This document shows, in pieces, positions 1-15,312 of a DNA stretch of 23,739 nt (positions are counted from its first letter, which is position 1; the number at the start of each line of letters is the position of its first letter). The position numbers were made by a program, and so were the translations under genes. This DNA is from Octopus sinensis (Eukaryota): NCBI RefSeq assembly GCF_006345805.1, contig NW_021836547.1:1-23739 (forward strand), written 5' to 3'. The notes beneath the pieces were generated by a model. It was not told where the DNA came from, ran no database searches, and saw only the letters and a list, made by a program, of their open reading frames with translations.

Positions 1-71
1 AAATATGTATATATATGCAAATTATGTTTATATATATGCAAATTATGTATATATAAGCAAATCATGTATAT
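1..71 (+). repeat. Family B satellite, forward orientation, tail of an array truncated by the window edge
   Basis: ATGCAAATTATGT(AT)n units ending in the junction motif AAGCAAATCATGTATAT, which also ends the B(+) arrays at ~1735-1751, ~7565-7581 and ~12782-12797. Confidence 0.9.
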
Positions 72-224
72 AAATAAATAAAAAGAATCTATAAATAGAA
101 TCTATAAATAGAATCTAAAATAGAATCTATAAATAAATAAAATAAATAAATAGAATCTATAAATAGAATATATAAATAGAATCTATAAAAAGAATCTATA
201 AACAGAATCAATAAATAGAATATA

Positions 225-255
<31 letters not shown>

Positions 256-934
256 ATAGAATCTATAAATAGAATCTATAAATAAATAAATAAATAAATA
301 AATAGAATCTATAAATAGAATCTATAAATAGAATCTATAAATAGATAAATAAATAAATAAATAGAATCTATAAATAGAATCAATAAATAGAATCTATAAA
401 TAGAATCAATGAATAGAATCTATGAATAGAATCTATAAATAGAATCTATAAATAAATAAATAAATAAATAAATAAATAGAATCGATAAATAGAATCTATA
501 AATAGAATCTATAAATAGAATCTATAAATAGAATCTATAAATAAATAAATAAATAAATAAATAGATAGAATCTATAAACAGTATACTTAAATAGAATCTA
601 TAATAGAATCTATAAATAGAATCAATAAATAGAATCAATAGATAAATAAATAAATAAATAAATAGAATCTATAAATAGAATCTATAAATAGAATCTATAA
701 ATAGAATCTATGAATAGAATCTATAAATAGAATCTATAGATGGATAAATAAATTAATAGAATCTGTAAATAGAATCTATAAATAGAATCTATAAATAGAA
801 TCTATAAATAGAATCTATGAATAGAATCTATAAATAAAAGCTATAAATAAATAAATAAATAAATAAATAAATAGAATCTATAAATAGAATCTATAAATAG
901 AATCTATAAATAGAATCAATAAATAGAATCTATA
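72..934 (+). repeat. Family A satellite block A1 (13-mer AATAGAATCTATA interspersed with (AAAT)n)
   Basis: Tandem AATAGAATCTATA runs alternate with AAAT runs. Rare variants ATCGAT (481), ATACTT (583), TGGATAAATAAATTAAT (741) and AAAAGCTATA (837) occur in the same order as in A3 and A4. Confidence 0.95.
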
Positions 935-1751
935 ACTTATGTATATATATATATATGCATTTTATGTATATATATATGCTAATTATGTATATATATATGC
1001 AAACTATGTATATATATATGCAAATTATGTACATATATATGCAAATTATGTACTTATTTTTGCAAATAATGTATATATATATGCATATGATATATATATA
1101 TATGCAAATTATGTATATATATATATATATGTAAATTATGTATATATATATGCAAATTATGTATATATAGATGCAAATTATGTATATATATGCAAATTAT
1201 ATATATATATATGCAAATTTATTTATTTATATATATATATATGCAAATACATATATATATATATGCAACTTATGTATATATATATGCAAATTATGTATAT
1301 ATATATGCAAATTATGTATATATATATGCAAATTATATATATATATATGCAAATACATATATATATATATGCAACTTATGTATATATATATGCAAATTAT
1401 GTATATATATATGCAAATTATGTATATATATATATGCAAATTATCTATATATATATGCAAATTATGTATATATATATGCCAATTATGCATATATATATAT
1501 ATAAATATTTTATGCAAATTATGTATATTTATATGCAAATTATGTATATATATATATATATAATTATATATAGCATATTATATATATATATATATGCAAA
1601 TTATCTATATATATATGCAAATTATGTATATATATATGCCAATTATGCATATATATGCAAATTATGTATATATATATGCAAATTATGTATATATATGCAA
1701 ATTATGTATATATATATGCAAATTATGTATATATAAGCAAATCATGTATAT
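935..1751 (+). repeat. Family B satellite, forward orientation (ATGCAAATTATGT(AT)n)
   Basis: Tandem ~19-25 bp units. The distal ~275 bp (1476-1751) matches 7306-7581 and 12526-12797, including the variants GCCAATTATGC, TAGCATATTA and TTATCTATAT. Confidence 0.95.
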
Positions 1752-1950
1752 AAATAAATAGAAAGAATCTATAAATAGAATCTATAAATAGAATCTATAA
1801 ATAAATAAATAAATAAATAAATAAATAGAATCTATAAATAGAATATATGAATAGAATCTATAAAAAGAATCTATAAACAGAATCATTAAATAGAATCTAT
1901 AAATAAATAAATAAATAGAATCTAAAAATAGAATCTATAAATAGAATCTA

Positions 1951-1981
<31 letters not shown>

Positions 1982-2417
1982 ATAGAATCTATAAATAGAA
2001 TCTATAAATAGAATCAATAAATACAATCAATAGATAAATAAATAAATAAATAAATAGAATCTATAAATAGAATCTATAAATAGAATCTATAAATAGAATC
2101 TATGAATAGAATCTATAAATAGAATCTATAAACAGAATCTATAAATAGAATCTATAAATAGAATCTATGAATAGAATCTATAAATAAAAGCTATAAATAA
2201 ATAAATAAATAAATAAATAAATAGAATCTATAAATAGAATCTAAATAATAGAATCTATAAATAGAATCTATAAATAGAATCAATAAATAGAATCTATAAA
2301 TAAATAAATAAATAAATAATAGAATAAATAAATAGAATCTATAAATAAATAATTAAATAAATAAATAATAAATAAATAAATAAAAAGAATCTATAATAGA
2401 ATCTATAATAGAATCTA

Positions 2418-2448
<31 letters not shown>

Positions 2449-2582
2449 ATGGAATCTATAAATAGAATCTATAAATAGAATCTATAAAAGGAATCTATAA
2501 AGAGAATCAATAAATAGAATCTATAAATAAATAAATAAATAAATAAATAGAATCTAAAAATAGAATCTATAAATAGAATCTA

Positions 2583-2613
<31 letters not shown>

Positions 2614-3430
2614 ATAGAATCTATAAATAGAATCTATAAATAGAATCCATAAATAGAATCTATAAATAGAATCAATAAATAGAATCTATAAATAAATAAA
2701 TAAATAAATAAATAGAATCTATAAATAGAAACAATAAATAGAATCTATAAATAGAATCTATAAATAAATAAATAAATAAATAAATAGAATCTATAAATAG
2801 AATCAATAAATAGAATCTATAAAAAGAATCTATAAATAAATAAATAAATAGAATCTATAAATAAATAAATAAATAGCATCTATAAATAACAAAATAAATA
2901 AATAAATGGAATCTATAAATAAATAAATAAATAAGTAAAAAGAATCTATAAATAGAATCTATAAATAGAATCTATAAATAGAATCTATAAATAGTATCTA
3001 TCAATAGAATCATTAAATAGTATCTATAAATAGAATCTATAAATAAATAAATAAATAAATAAATAAATAGTATCTATAAATAGAATCTATAAATAGAATC
3101 TATAAATAGAATCTATAAATGAATAAATAAATAAATAAATATATAAATACATGAATAGAATCTATAAATAGTATCAATAAATAGAATCTATAAATAAATA
3201 AATAAATAAATAAATACATGAATAGAATCTATAAATAGAATCTATAAATAGAATCTATAAGTAAGAAAATAAATAAATAAATAAATAAATAAATAAATAG
3301 AATCTATAAATAGAATCTATAAATAGAATCTATAAATAGAATCTATAAATAAATAAATAAATAAATAAATAGTATCTATAAATAGAATCTATAAATAGAA
3401 TCTATAAATAGAATCCATAAATAGAATCTA

Positions 3431-3461
<31 letters not shown>

Positions 3462-3949
3462 ATGAATAGAATCTATAAATAGAATCAATAAATAGAATCT
3501 ATAAATAAATAAATAAATACATCAATAGAATCTATAAATAGAATCATTAAATAGTATCTATAAATAGAATCTATAAATAAATAATAAATAAATAATAAAT
3601 AGAATCTATAAATATAATCTATAAATATAATCTATTAATAGAATCTATAAATGGAGTCTATAAATAGAATCTATAAATAGAATCAATAAATAGAATCTAT
3701 AAATAAATAAAAATAGAATCTATAAATAGGATCAATAAATAGAATCTATAAATAAATAAAAAAATTAATAAATAAATAAATAAATAATAATAAATAGAAT
3801 CTATAAATAGAATCTATAAATAGAATCTATAAATAATCTATAAATAAATAAATAAAAATATAAGTAAATAAATAGAATCTATAAATAGAATCTATAAATA
3901 GAATCTATAAATAGAATCTATAAATAAATAAATAAATAAATAGAATCTA
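1752..3949 (+). repeat. Family A satellite block A2
   Basis: Same 13-mer/(AAAT)n mosaic. Variants AAGGAATC..AAGAG (2488), GCATCTATAAATAAC (2876), GTAAGAAAAT (3261) and GGATCAATA (3729) are collinear with block A4. Confidence 0.95.
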
Positions 3950-6900
3950 TACATAATTTGCATATATATATGCATAATTTGCATATATATATACATAATT
4001 TGCATATATATATACATAATTTGCATATATATATACATAATTTGCATATAAATATATATACATAATTTGCATATATATATATACATAATTTGCATATATA
4101 TACATAATTTGCATATATATATACATAATTTGCATATATATACATAATTTGCATATATATACATAATTTTCATATAAATACATAATTTGCATATATAAAT
4201 ACATAATTTGCATATATATGTACATAATTTGCATATATATATATATACATAAATTGCATATATATATACATAATTTGTATATATATATAGATAATTGGCT
4301 TATACATACATTATTTGCATATATATATGTACATAATTTGCATATATATATACATAATTTGCTTATATATATACATAATTTGCATATATATATACATAAT
4401 TTGCATATATATATATACATAATTTGCATATATATACATAATTTGCATATATATATTCATAATTTGCATATATATATACATAATTTGCATATATATACAT
4501 AATTTGCATATATATATACATAATTTGCATATATATATATATAATTTGCATATATATATACATAATTTGCATAATAATATTATACGTAATTTGCATATAT
4601 ATATATATACATAATTTGCATATATATACATAATTTGCATATATATATACATAATTTGCATATATATACATAATTTGCATATATATATATATACATAATT
4701 TGCATATATATACACATAATTTGCATATATATACATAATTTGATATATATACATACTTTGCATATATATATAGAATTTACATATATATATACATAATTTG
4801 CATATATATATACATAATTTGCATATATATGTACATATTTTGCATATATATATACATAATTGGCATATATATACATTATTTGCATATATATATACATAAT
4901 TTGCTTATATATATACATAATTTGCATATATATATACATAATTTGCATATATATGTACATAATTTGCATATATATATATACATAATTTGCATATATATAT
5001 TCATAATTTGCATATATATATTCATAATTTGCATATATATATACATAATTTGCATATATACGTAATTTGCATATATATATACATAATTTGCATATATATA
5101 TATACATAATTTGCATATATATATACATAATTTGCATATATATACATACATAATTTGCATATATATATACATAATTTACATATATATATATATACATAAT
5201 TTGCATATATATATACATAATTTGCATATATATATATACATAATTTGCATATATATATATACATAATTTGCATATATATATACATAATTTGCATATATAA
5301 ATACATAATTTGCATATATATATATACATAATTTGCATATATATATATACATATATATACATATATACATAATTTGCATATATATATTCATAATTTGATA
5401 TATACATAATTTGAATATATATATACATAATTTGAATATAATACATAATTTGCATATATATACATATTTTGCATATATATACAGAATTTGCATATATATA
5501 TACACATTATATGCATATATATATATACAAATTTGCATATATATATACATAATTTGCATATATATACATAATTTGCATATATATACATAATTTGCATATA
5601 TATATACATAATTTTCATATATATATATACATAATTTGAATATATCTATACATAATTTGCATAAATATATATACATAATTTTCATATATATATGCATAAT
5701 TTGCATATATATATACATAATTTGCATATATATATACATAATTTGCATATATATATACGTAATTTGCATATATATATACATAATTTGCATATATATATAT
5801 ATACATAATTTGCATATATATATATACATAATTTGCATATATATACATAATTTGCATATATATACATAATTTGCATATATATACATAATTTACATATATA
5901 TATACATAATTTGCATATATATACATAATTTGCATATATATACATAATTTACATATAAATACATAATTTGCATATATATATACATAATTTGCATATATAT
6001 GTACATAATTTGCATATATATATACATAAATTGCATATATATATACATAATTTGTATATATATATAGATAATTGGCTTATACATACATTATTTGCATATA
6101 TATATATACATAATTTGCATATATATATACATAATTTGCTAATATATATACATAATTTGCATATATATATACATAATTTGCATATATATATATACATAAT
6201 TTGCATATATATACATAATTTGCATATATATATTCATAATTTGCATATATATATACATAATTTGCATATATATACATAATTTGCATATATATATACATAA
6301 TTTGCATATATATACATAATTTGCATATATATATACATAATTTGCATATATATATATATACGTAATTTGCATATATATATATATACATAATTTGCATATA
6401 TATACATAATTTGCATATATATATACATTATTTGCATATATATACATAATTTGCATATATATATATACATAATTTGCATATATATACACATAATTTGCAT
6501 ATATATACATAATTTGCATATATATACATACTTTGCATATATATAGAATTTACATATATATATACATAATTTGCCATATATATAATCATATTTGCATATA
6601 TATGTACATATTTTGCATATATATACATAATTTGCACATATTTATATACATAATTTGTATATATATATACATATTGGCATATATATACATTATTTGCATA
6701 TATATATATACATAATTGCTTATATATATACATAATTTGCATATATATATACATAATTTGCATATATATGTACATAATTTGCATATATATATATATACAT
6801 AATTCATATATATATACATAATTTGCATATATATATTCATAATTTGCATATATATATACATAATTTGCATATATACGTAATTTGCATATATATATACATA

Positions 6901-7293
6901 ATTTGCATATATATACATAATTTGCATATATAATATACATATATATATATATATACATAATTTGCATATATTATATACATAATTTGGATATATATATTAT
7001 ACATAATTTTCATATATATATACATAATTGCATATATATACACATAATTTGCAGATATAAATACATAATTTGCATATATATATATACATAATTTGCATAT
7101 ATATATATAATTTGCTATATATAATTATATATATATATATATATACATAATTTGCATATAAATATACATAATTTGCATATATATATACAAAATTTGCATA
7201 TATAAATACATAATTTGCATATATATACATAATTTGCATATATATATACATAATTTGCATATATATATACATAATTTGCATATGTATACATAA
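3950..7293 (-). repeat. Family B satellite, reverse orientation (ACATAATTTGC(AT)n), array 1
   Basis: Reverse complement of the B(+) unit in tandem. The marker ATAATTGGCT occurs at 4291 and 6068. Confidence 0.95.
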
Positions 7294-7581
7294 TTATGTA
7301 TATATATATGCCAATTATGCAGATATATATATATAAATATTTTATGCAAATTATGTATATTTATATGCAAATTATGTACATATATATATATATAATTATA
7401 TATAGCATATTATATATATATATATGCAAATTATCTATATATATATGCAAATTATGTATATATATATGCCAATTATGCATATATATGCAAATTATGTATA
7501 TATATATGCAAATTATGTATATATATGCAAATTATGTATATATATATGCAAATTATGTATATATAAGCAAATCATGTATAT
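7294..7581 (+). repeat. Family B satellite, short forward block after the orientation switch
   Basis: Orientation flips inside the perfect 18-bp palindrome TATACATAATTATGTATA (7285-7302). The block ends in AAGCAAATCATGTATAT. Confidence 0.93.
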
Positions 7582-7771
7582 AAATAAATAAAAAGAATCT
7601 ATAAATAGAATCTATAAATAAATAAATAAATAAATAAATAAATAGAATCTATAAATAGAATATATATATAGAATCTATAAAAAGAATCTATAAACAGAAT
7701 CAATAAATAGAATCTATAAATAAATAAATAAATAAATAGAATCTAAAAATAGAATCTATAAATAGAATCTA

Positions 7772-7802
<31 letters not shown>

Positions 7803-9197
7803 ATAGAATCTATAAATAGAATCTATAAATAGATAAATAAATAAATAAATAGAATCTATAAATAGAATCAATAAATAGAATCTATAAATAGAATCAATGA
7901 ATAGAATCTATGAATAGAATCTATAAATAGAATCTATAAATAAATAAATAAATAAATAAATAAATAGAATCGATAAATAGAATCTATAAATAGAATCTAT
8001 AAATAGAGTCTATAAATAGAATCTATAAATAAATAAATAACTAAATAAATAGATAGAATCTATACATAGAATACTTAAATAGAATCTATAATAGAATCTA
8101 TAAATAGAATCAATAAATACAATCAATAGATAAATAAATAAATAAATAAATAGAATCTATAAATAGAATCTATAAATAGAATCTATGAATAGAATCTATA
8201 AATAGAATCTATAAATGGATAAATAAATTAATAGAATCTATAAATAGAATCTATAAATAGAATCTATAAATAGAATCTATAAATAGAATCTATGAATAGA
8301 ATCTATAAATAAAAGCTATAAATAAATAAATAAATAAATAAATAAATAGAATCTATAAATAGAATCTATAAATAGAATTTATAAATAGAATCTATAAATA
8401 GAATCAATAAATAGAATATAAATAAATAAATAAAAATAAATAGAATCAATAAATAGAATCTATAATAATAAATAAATAAATAAATAAATAAATAAAAAGA
8501 ATCTATAAATAGAATCTATAAATAGAATCTATAAATAAATAAATAAATAAATAATAAATAGAATCAATAAATAGAATCTATAAATAGAATCTATAAAAGG
8601 AATCTATAAAGAGAATCAATAAATAGAATCTATAAATAAATAAATAAATAAATAAATAGAATCTAAAAATAGAATCTATAAATAGAATCTATAAATAAAT
8701 AAATAGATAAATTAATAAATAGAATCTATAAATAGAATCTATAAATAGAATCCATAAATAGAATAAAAATAGAATCAATAAATAGAATCTATAAATAAAT
8801 AAATAAATAATAGAATCTATAAATAGAAACAATAAATAGAATCTATAAATAGAATCTATAAATAAATAAATAAATAAATACATAGAATCTATAAATAGAA
8901 TCAATAAATAGAATCTATAAAAAGAATCTATCAATAAATAAATAAATAGAATCTATAAATAAATAAATAAATAGAATCTATAAATAGGATCAATAAATAG
9001 AATCTATAAATAAATAAAAAAATTAATAAATAAATAAATAAATAAATAAATAAATAGAATCTATAAATAGAATGTATAAATAGAATCTATAATAAATAAA
9101 TAAAAATATAAATAAATAAATAGAATCTATAAATAGAATCTATAAATAGAATCTATAAATAGAATCTATAAATAAATAAATAAATAAATAGAATCTA
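7582..9197 (+). repeat. Family A satellite block A3
   Basis: Same mosaic, with markers TCGAT (7970), ATACTT (8071), AAAAGCT (8311), AAGGAATC (8597) and AGGATCAATA (8986). Confidence 0.95.
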
Positions 9198-12100
9198 TAC
9201 ATAATTTGCATATATATATGCATAATTTGCATATATATATACATAATTTGCATATATATACATAATTTGCATATATATATACATAATTTGCATATATATA
9301 TATATACATAATTTGCATATATATATTACATAATTTGCATATATATACATAATTTGCATATATATATACATAATTTGCATATATATACATAATTTGCATA
9401 TATATACATAATTTTCATATAAATACATAATTTGCATATATAAATACATAATTTGCATATATATGTACATAATTGCATATATATATATATACATAATTGC
9501 ATATATAATACATAATTTGTATATATATATAGATAATTGGCTTATACATACATTATTTGCATATATATATGTACATAATTTGCATATATATATACATAAT
9601 TTGCTTATATATATACATAATTTGCATATATATATACATAATTTGCATATATATATATACATAATTTGCATATATATACATAATTTGCATATATATATTC
9701 ATAATTTGCATATATATATACATAATTTGCATATATATACATAATTTGCATATATATATACATAATTTGCATATATATATACATAATTTGCATATATATA
9801 TATATACGTAATTTGCATATATATATATATACATAATTTGCATATATATACATAATTTGCATATATATATACATAATTTGCATATATATACATAATTTGC
9901 ATATATATATATATACATAATTTGCATATATATACACATAATTTGCATATATATACATAATTTGGATATATATACATACTTTGCATATATATATAGAATT
10001 TACATATATATATACATAATTTGCATATATATATACATAATTTGCATATATATGTACATATTTTGCATATATATATACATAATTGGCATATATATACATT
10101 ATTTGCATATATATATATACATAATTTGCTTATATATATACATAATTTGCATATATATATACATAATTTGCATATATATGTACATAATTTGCATATATAT
10201 ATATACATAATTTGCATATATATATTCATAATTTGCATATATATATTCATAATTTGCATATATATATACATAATTTGCATATATACGTAATTTGCATATA
10301 TATATACATAATTTGCATATATATATACATAATTTGCATATATATATACATAATTTGCATATATATATATACATAATTTGCATATATATATACATAATTT
10401 ACATATATAATATATACATAATTTGCATATATATATACATAATTTGCATATATATATACATAATTTGCATATATATATATACATAATTTGCATATATATA
10501 TACATAATTTGCATATATAAATACATAATTTGCATATATATATATACATAATTTGCATATATATATACATATATATACATATATACATAATTTGCATATA
10601 TATATTCATAATTTGATATATACATAATTTGAATATATATATACATAATTTGAATATATATACATAATTTGCATATATATATACATAATTTGCATATATA
10701 TACATAATTTGCATATATATATATACATTATATGCATATATATATATACAAAATTTGCATATATATATACATAATTTGCATATATATACATAATTTGCAT
10801 ATATATATACATAATTTGCATATATATATACATAATTTGCATATATATATATACATAATTTGCATATATCTATACATAATTTGCATAAATATATATACAT
10901 AATTTTCATATATATATGCATAATTTGCATATATATATACATAATTTGCATATATATATACATAATTTGCATATATATATACATAATTTGCATATATATA
11001 TACATAATTTGCATATATATATATATACATAATTTGCATATTATATATACATAATTTGCATATATATACATAATTTGCATATATATACATAATTTGCATA
11101 TATATACATAATTTACATATATATATACATAATTTGCATATATATACATAATTTGCATATATATACATAATTTTCATATAAATACATAATTTGCATATAT
11201 ATATACATAATTTGCATATATATGTACATAATTTGCATATATATATACATAAATTGCATATATATATACATAATTTGTATATATATATAGATAATTGGCT
11301 TATACATACATTATTTGCATATATATATATACATAATTTGCATATATATATACATAATTTGCTAATATATATACATAATTTGCATATATATATACATAAT
11401 TTGCATATATATATATACATAATTTGCATATATATACATAATTTGCATATATATATTCATAATTTGCATATATATATACATAATTTGCATATATATACAT
11501 AATTTGCATATATATATACATAATTTGCATATATATACATAATTTGCATATATATATACATAATTTGCATATATATATATATACGTAATTTGCATATATA
11601 TATACATAATTTGCATATATATACATAATTTGCATATATATAACATTATTTGCATATATATACATAATTGCATATATATATATACATAATTTGCATATAT
11701 ATACACAATTTGCATATATATACATAATTTGCATATATACATACTTTGCATATATATATAGGATTTACATATATATACATAATTTGCATATATATATACA
11801 TAATTTGCATATATATGTACATACTTTGCATATATATATACATAATTTGCATATATATATACATAATTTGTATATATATATACATAATTGGCATATATAT
11901 ACATTATTTGCATATATATATATACATAATTTGCTTATATATATACATAATTTGCATATATATATACATAATTTGCATATATATGTACATAATTTGCATA
12001 TATAATATATATACATAATTTGCATATATATATACATATTTTCATATATATTCATAATTTGCATATATATATACATAATTTGCATATATACGTATTTGCA

Positions 12101-12514
12101 TATATATATACATAATTTGCATATATATATACATAATTTGCATATATATATACATAATATATATATATATACATAATTTGCATATATATATATACATAAT
12201 TTGGATATATATATATATACATAATTTTCATATATATATATACATAATTTGCATATATATACACATAATTTGCAGATATAAATACATAATTTGCATATAT
12301 ATATATACATAATTTGCATATATATATATAATTTGCTATATATAATTATATATATATATATATATACATAATTTGCATATAAATATACATAATTTGCATA
12401 TATATATACAAAATTTGCATATATATATACATAATTTGCATATATATACATAATTTGCATATATATATACATAATTTGCATATATATATACATAATTTGC
12501 ATATGTATACATAA
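9198..12514 (-). repeat. Family B satellite, reverse orientation, array 2
   Basis: Collinear with 3950-7293 at an offset of about 5.22-5.25 kb. ATAATTGGCT occurs at 9533 and 11291. Confidence 0.95.
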
Positions 12515-12797
12515 TTATGTATATATATATGCCAATTATGCATATATATATATAAATATTTTATGCAAATTATGTATATTTATATGCAAATTATGTACAT
12601 ATATATATATATAATTATATATAGCATATTATATATATATATATATGCAAATTATCTATATATATATGCAAATTATGTATATATATATGCCAATTATGCA
12701 TATATATGGAAATTATGTATATATGCAAATTATGTATATATATGCAAATTATGTATATATATATGCAAATTATGTATATATAAGCAATCATATATAT
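12515..12797 (+). repeat. Family B satellite, short forward block after the orientation switch
   Basis: Same 18-bp palindrome at 12506-12523, followed by a copy of 7306-7581. Confidence 0.93.
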
Positions 12798-12994
12798 AAA
12801 TAAATAAAAAGAATCTATAAAGAATCTATAAATAGAATCTATAAATAAATAAATAAATAAATAAATAAATAGAATCTATAAATAGAATATAAATAGAATC
12901 TATAAAAGAATCTATAAACAGAATCAATAAATAGATCTATAAATAAATAAATAAATAAATAGAATCTAAAAATAGAATCTATAAATAGAATCTA

Positions 12995-13026
<32 letters not shown>

Positions 13027-15312
13027 AGAATCTATAAAAGAATCTATAAATAGAATCTATAAATAGATAAATAAATAAATAAATAGAATCTATAAATAGA
13101 ATCAATAAATAGAATCTATAAATAGAATCAATGAATAGAATCTATGAATAGAATCTATAAGAATCTATAAATAAATAAATAAATAAATAAATAAATAGAA
13201 TCGATAAAATAGATCTATAAATAGAATCTATAAATAGAGTCTATAAATAGAATCTATAATAAATAAATAAATAAATAAATAGATAGAATCTATAAATAGA
13301 ATACTTAAATAGAATCTATAATAAATCTATAAATAGAATCAATAAATACAATCAATAGATAAATAAATAAATAAATAAATAGAATCTATAAATAGAATCT
13401 ATAAATAGAATCTATAAATAGAATCTATAAATAGAATCTATGAATAGAATCTATAAATAGAATCTATAAATGGATAAATAAATTAATAGAATCTATAATA
13501 GATCTATAAATAGATCTATAAATAGAATCTATAAATAGAATCTATGAATAGAATCTATAAATAAAAGCTATAATAATAAATAATAAATAAATAAATAGAA
13601 TCTATAAATAGAATCTATAAATAGAATTTATAAATAGAATCTATAAATAGAATCAATAAATAGAATCTATAAATAAATAAATAAATAAATAAATAGAATC
13701 AATAAATAGAATCTATAAATAAATAAATAAATAAATAAATAAAATAAATAAAAAGAATCTATAAATAGAATCTATAAATAGAATCTATAAATAAATAAAT
13801 AAATAAATAAATAAATAGAATCTATAAATAGAATCTATAAATAGAATCTATAAAAGGAATCTATAAAGAGAATCAATAAATAGAATCTATAAATAAATAA
13901 ATAAATAAATAAATAGAATCTAAAAATAGAATCTATAAATAGAATCTATAAATAAATAAATAGATAAATTAATAAATAGAATATATAAATAGAATCTATA
14001 AATAGAATCCATAAATAGAATATATAAATAGAATCAATAAATAGAATCTATAAATAAATAAATAAATAAATAAATAGAATCTATAAATAGAAACAATAAA
14101 TAGAATCTATAAATAGAATCTATAAATAAATAAATAAATAAATACATAGAATCTATAAAGAAATCAATAAATAGAATCTATAAAAAGAATCTATCAATAA
14201 ATAAATAAATAGAATCTATAAATAAATAATAAATAGCATCTATAAATAACAAAATAAATAAATAAATGGAATCTATAAATAAATAAATAAATAAATAAAA
14301 AGAATCTATAAATAGAATCTATAAATAGAATCTATAAATAGAATCTATAAATAGTATCTATCAATAGAATCATTAAATAGTATCTATAAATAGAATCTAT
14401 AAATAAATAAATAAATAAATAAATAAATAGTATCTATAAATAGAATCTATAAATAGAATCTATAAATAGTATCTATAAATAGAATCTATAAATGAATAAA
14501 TAAATAAATAAATATATAAATACATGAATAGAATCTATAAATAGAATCAATAAATAGAATCTATAAATAAATAATAAATAAATAAATACATGAATAGAAT
14601 CTATAAATAGAATCTATAAATAGAATCTATAAGTAAGAAAATAAATAAATAAATAAATAAATAAATAAATGGAATCTATAAATAGAATCTGTAAATAGAA
14701 TCTATAATAGAATCTATAAATAAATAAATAAATAAATAAATAGTATCTATGAATAGAATCTATAAATAGAATCTAAAATAGATCTAAAATAGAATCCATA
14801 AATAGAATCTATAAATAAATAAATAAATAAATAAATGAATAGAATCTATAAATAGAATCAATAAATAGAATCTATAAATAAATAAATAAATACATCAATA
14901 GAATCTATAAATAGAATCATTAAATAGTATCTATAAATAGAATCTATAAATAAATAAATAAATAAATAAATAGAATCTATAAATATAATCTATAAATAGA
15001 ATCTATTAATAGAATCTATAAATGGAATCTATAAATAGAATCTATAAATAGAATCAATAAATAGAATCTATAAATAAATAAATAAATAGAATCTATAAAT
15101 AGGATCAATAAATAGAATCTATAAATAAATAAAAAAATTAATAAATAAATAAATAAATAAATAAATAAATAGAATCTATAAATAGAATCTATAAATAGAA
15201 TCTATAAATAAATAAATAAAAAAATAAATAAATAAATAGAATCTATAAATAGAATCTATAAATAGAATCTATAAATAAATCTATAACTAAATAAATAAAT
15301 AAATAGAATCTA
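12798..15312 (+). repeat. Family A satellite block A4 (longest copy)
   Basis: Carries essentially all the diagnostic variants seen separately in A1, A2 and A3, in the same order. Confidence 0.95.

Noticed and set aside
8689-8934. 81-aa minus-strand ORF in family A
   Set aside because: It is a translation of the 13-mer and (TTTA)n repeats (IDSIYRFYL, FIYL) and has no coding signature.
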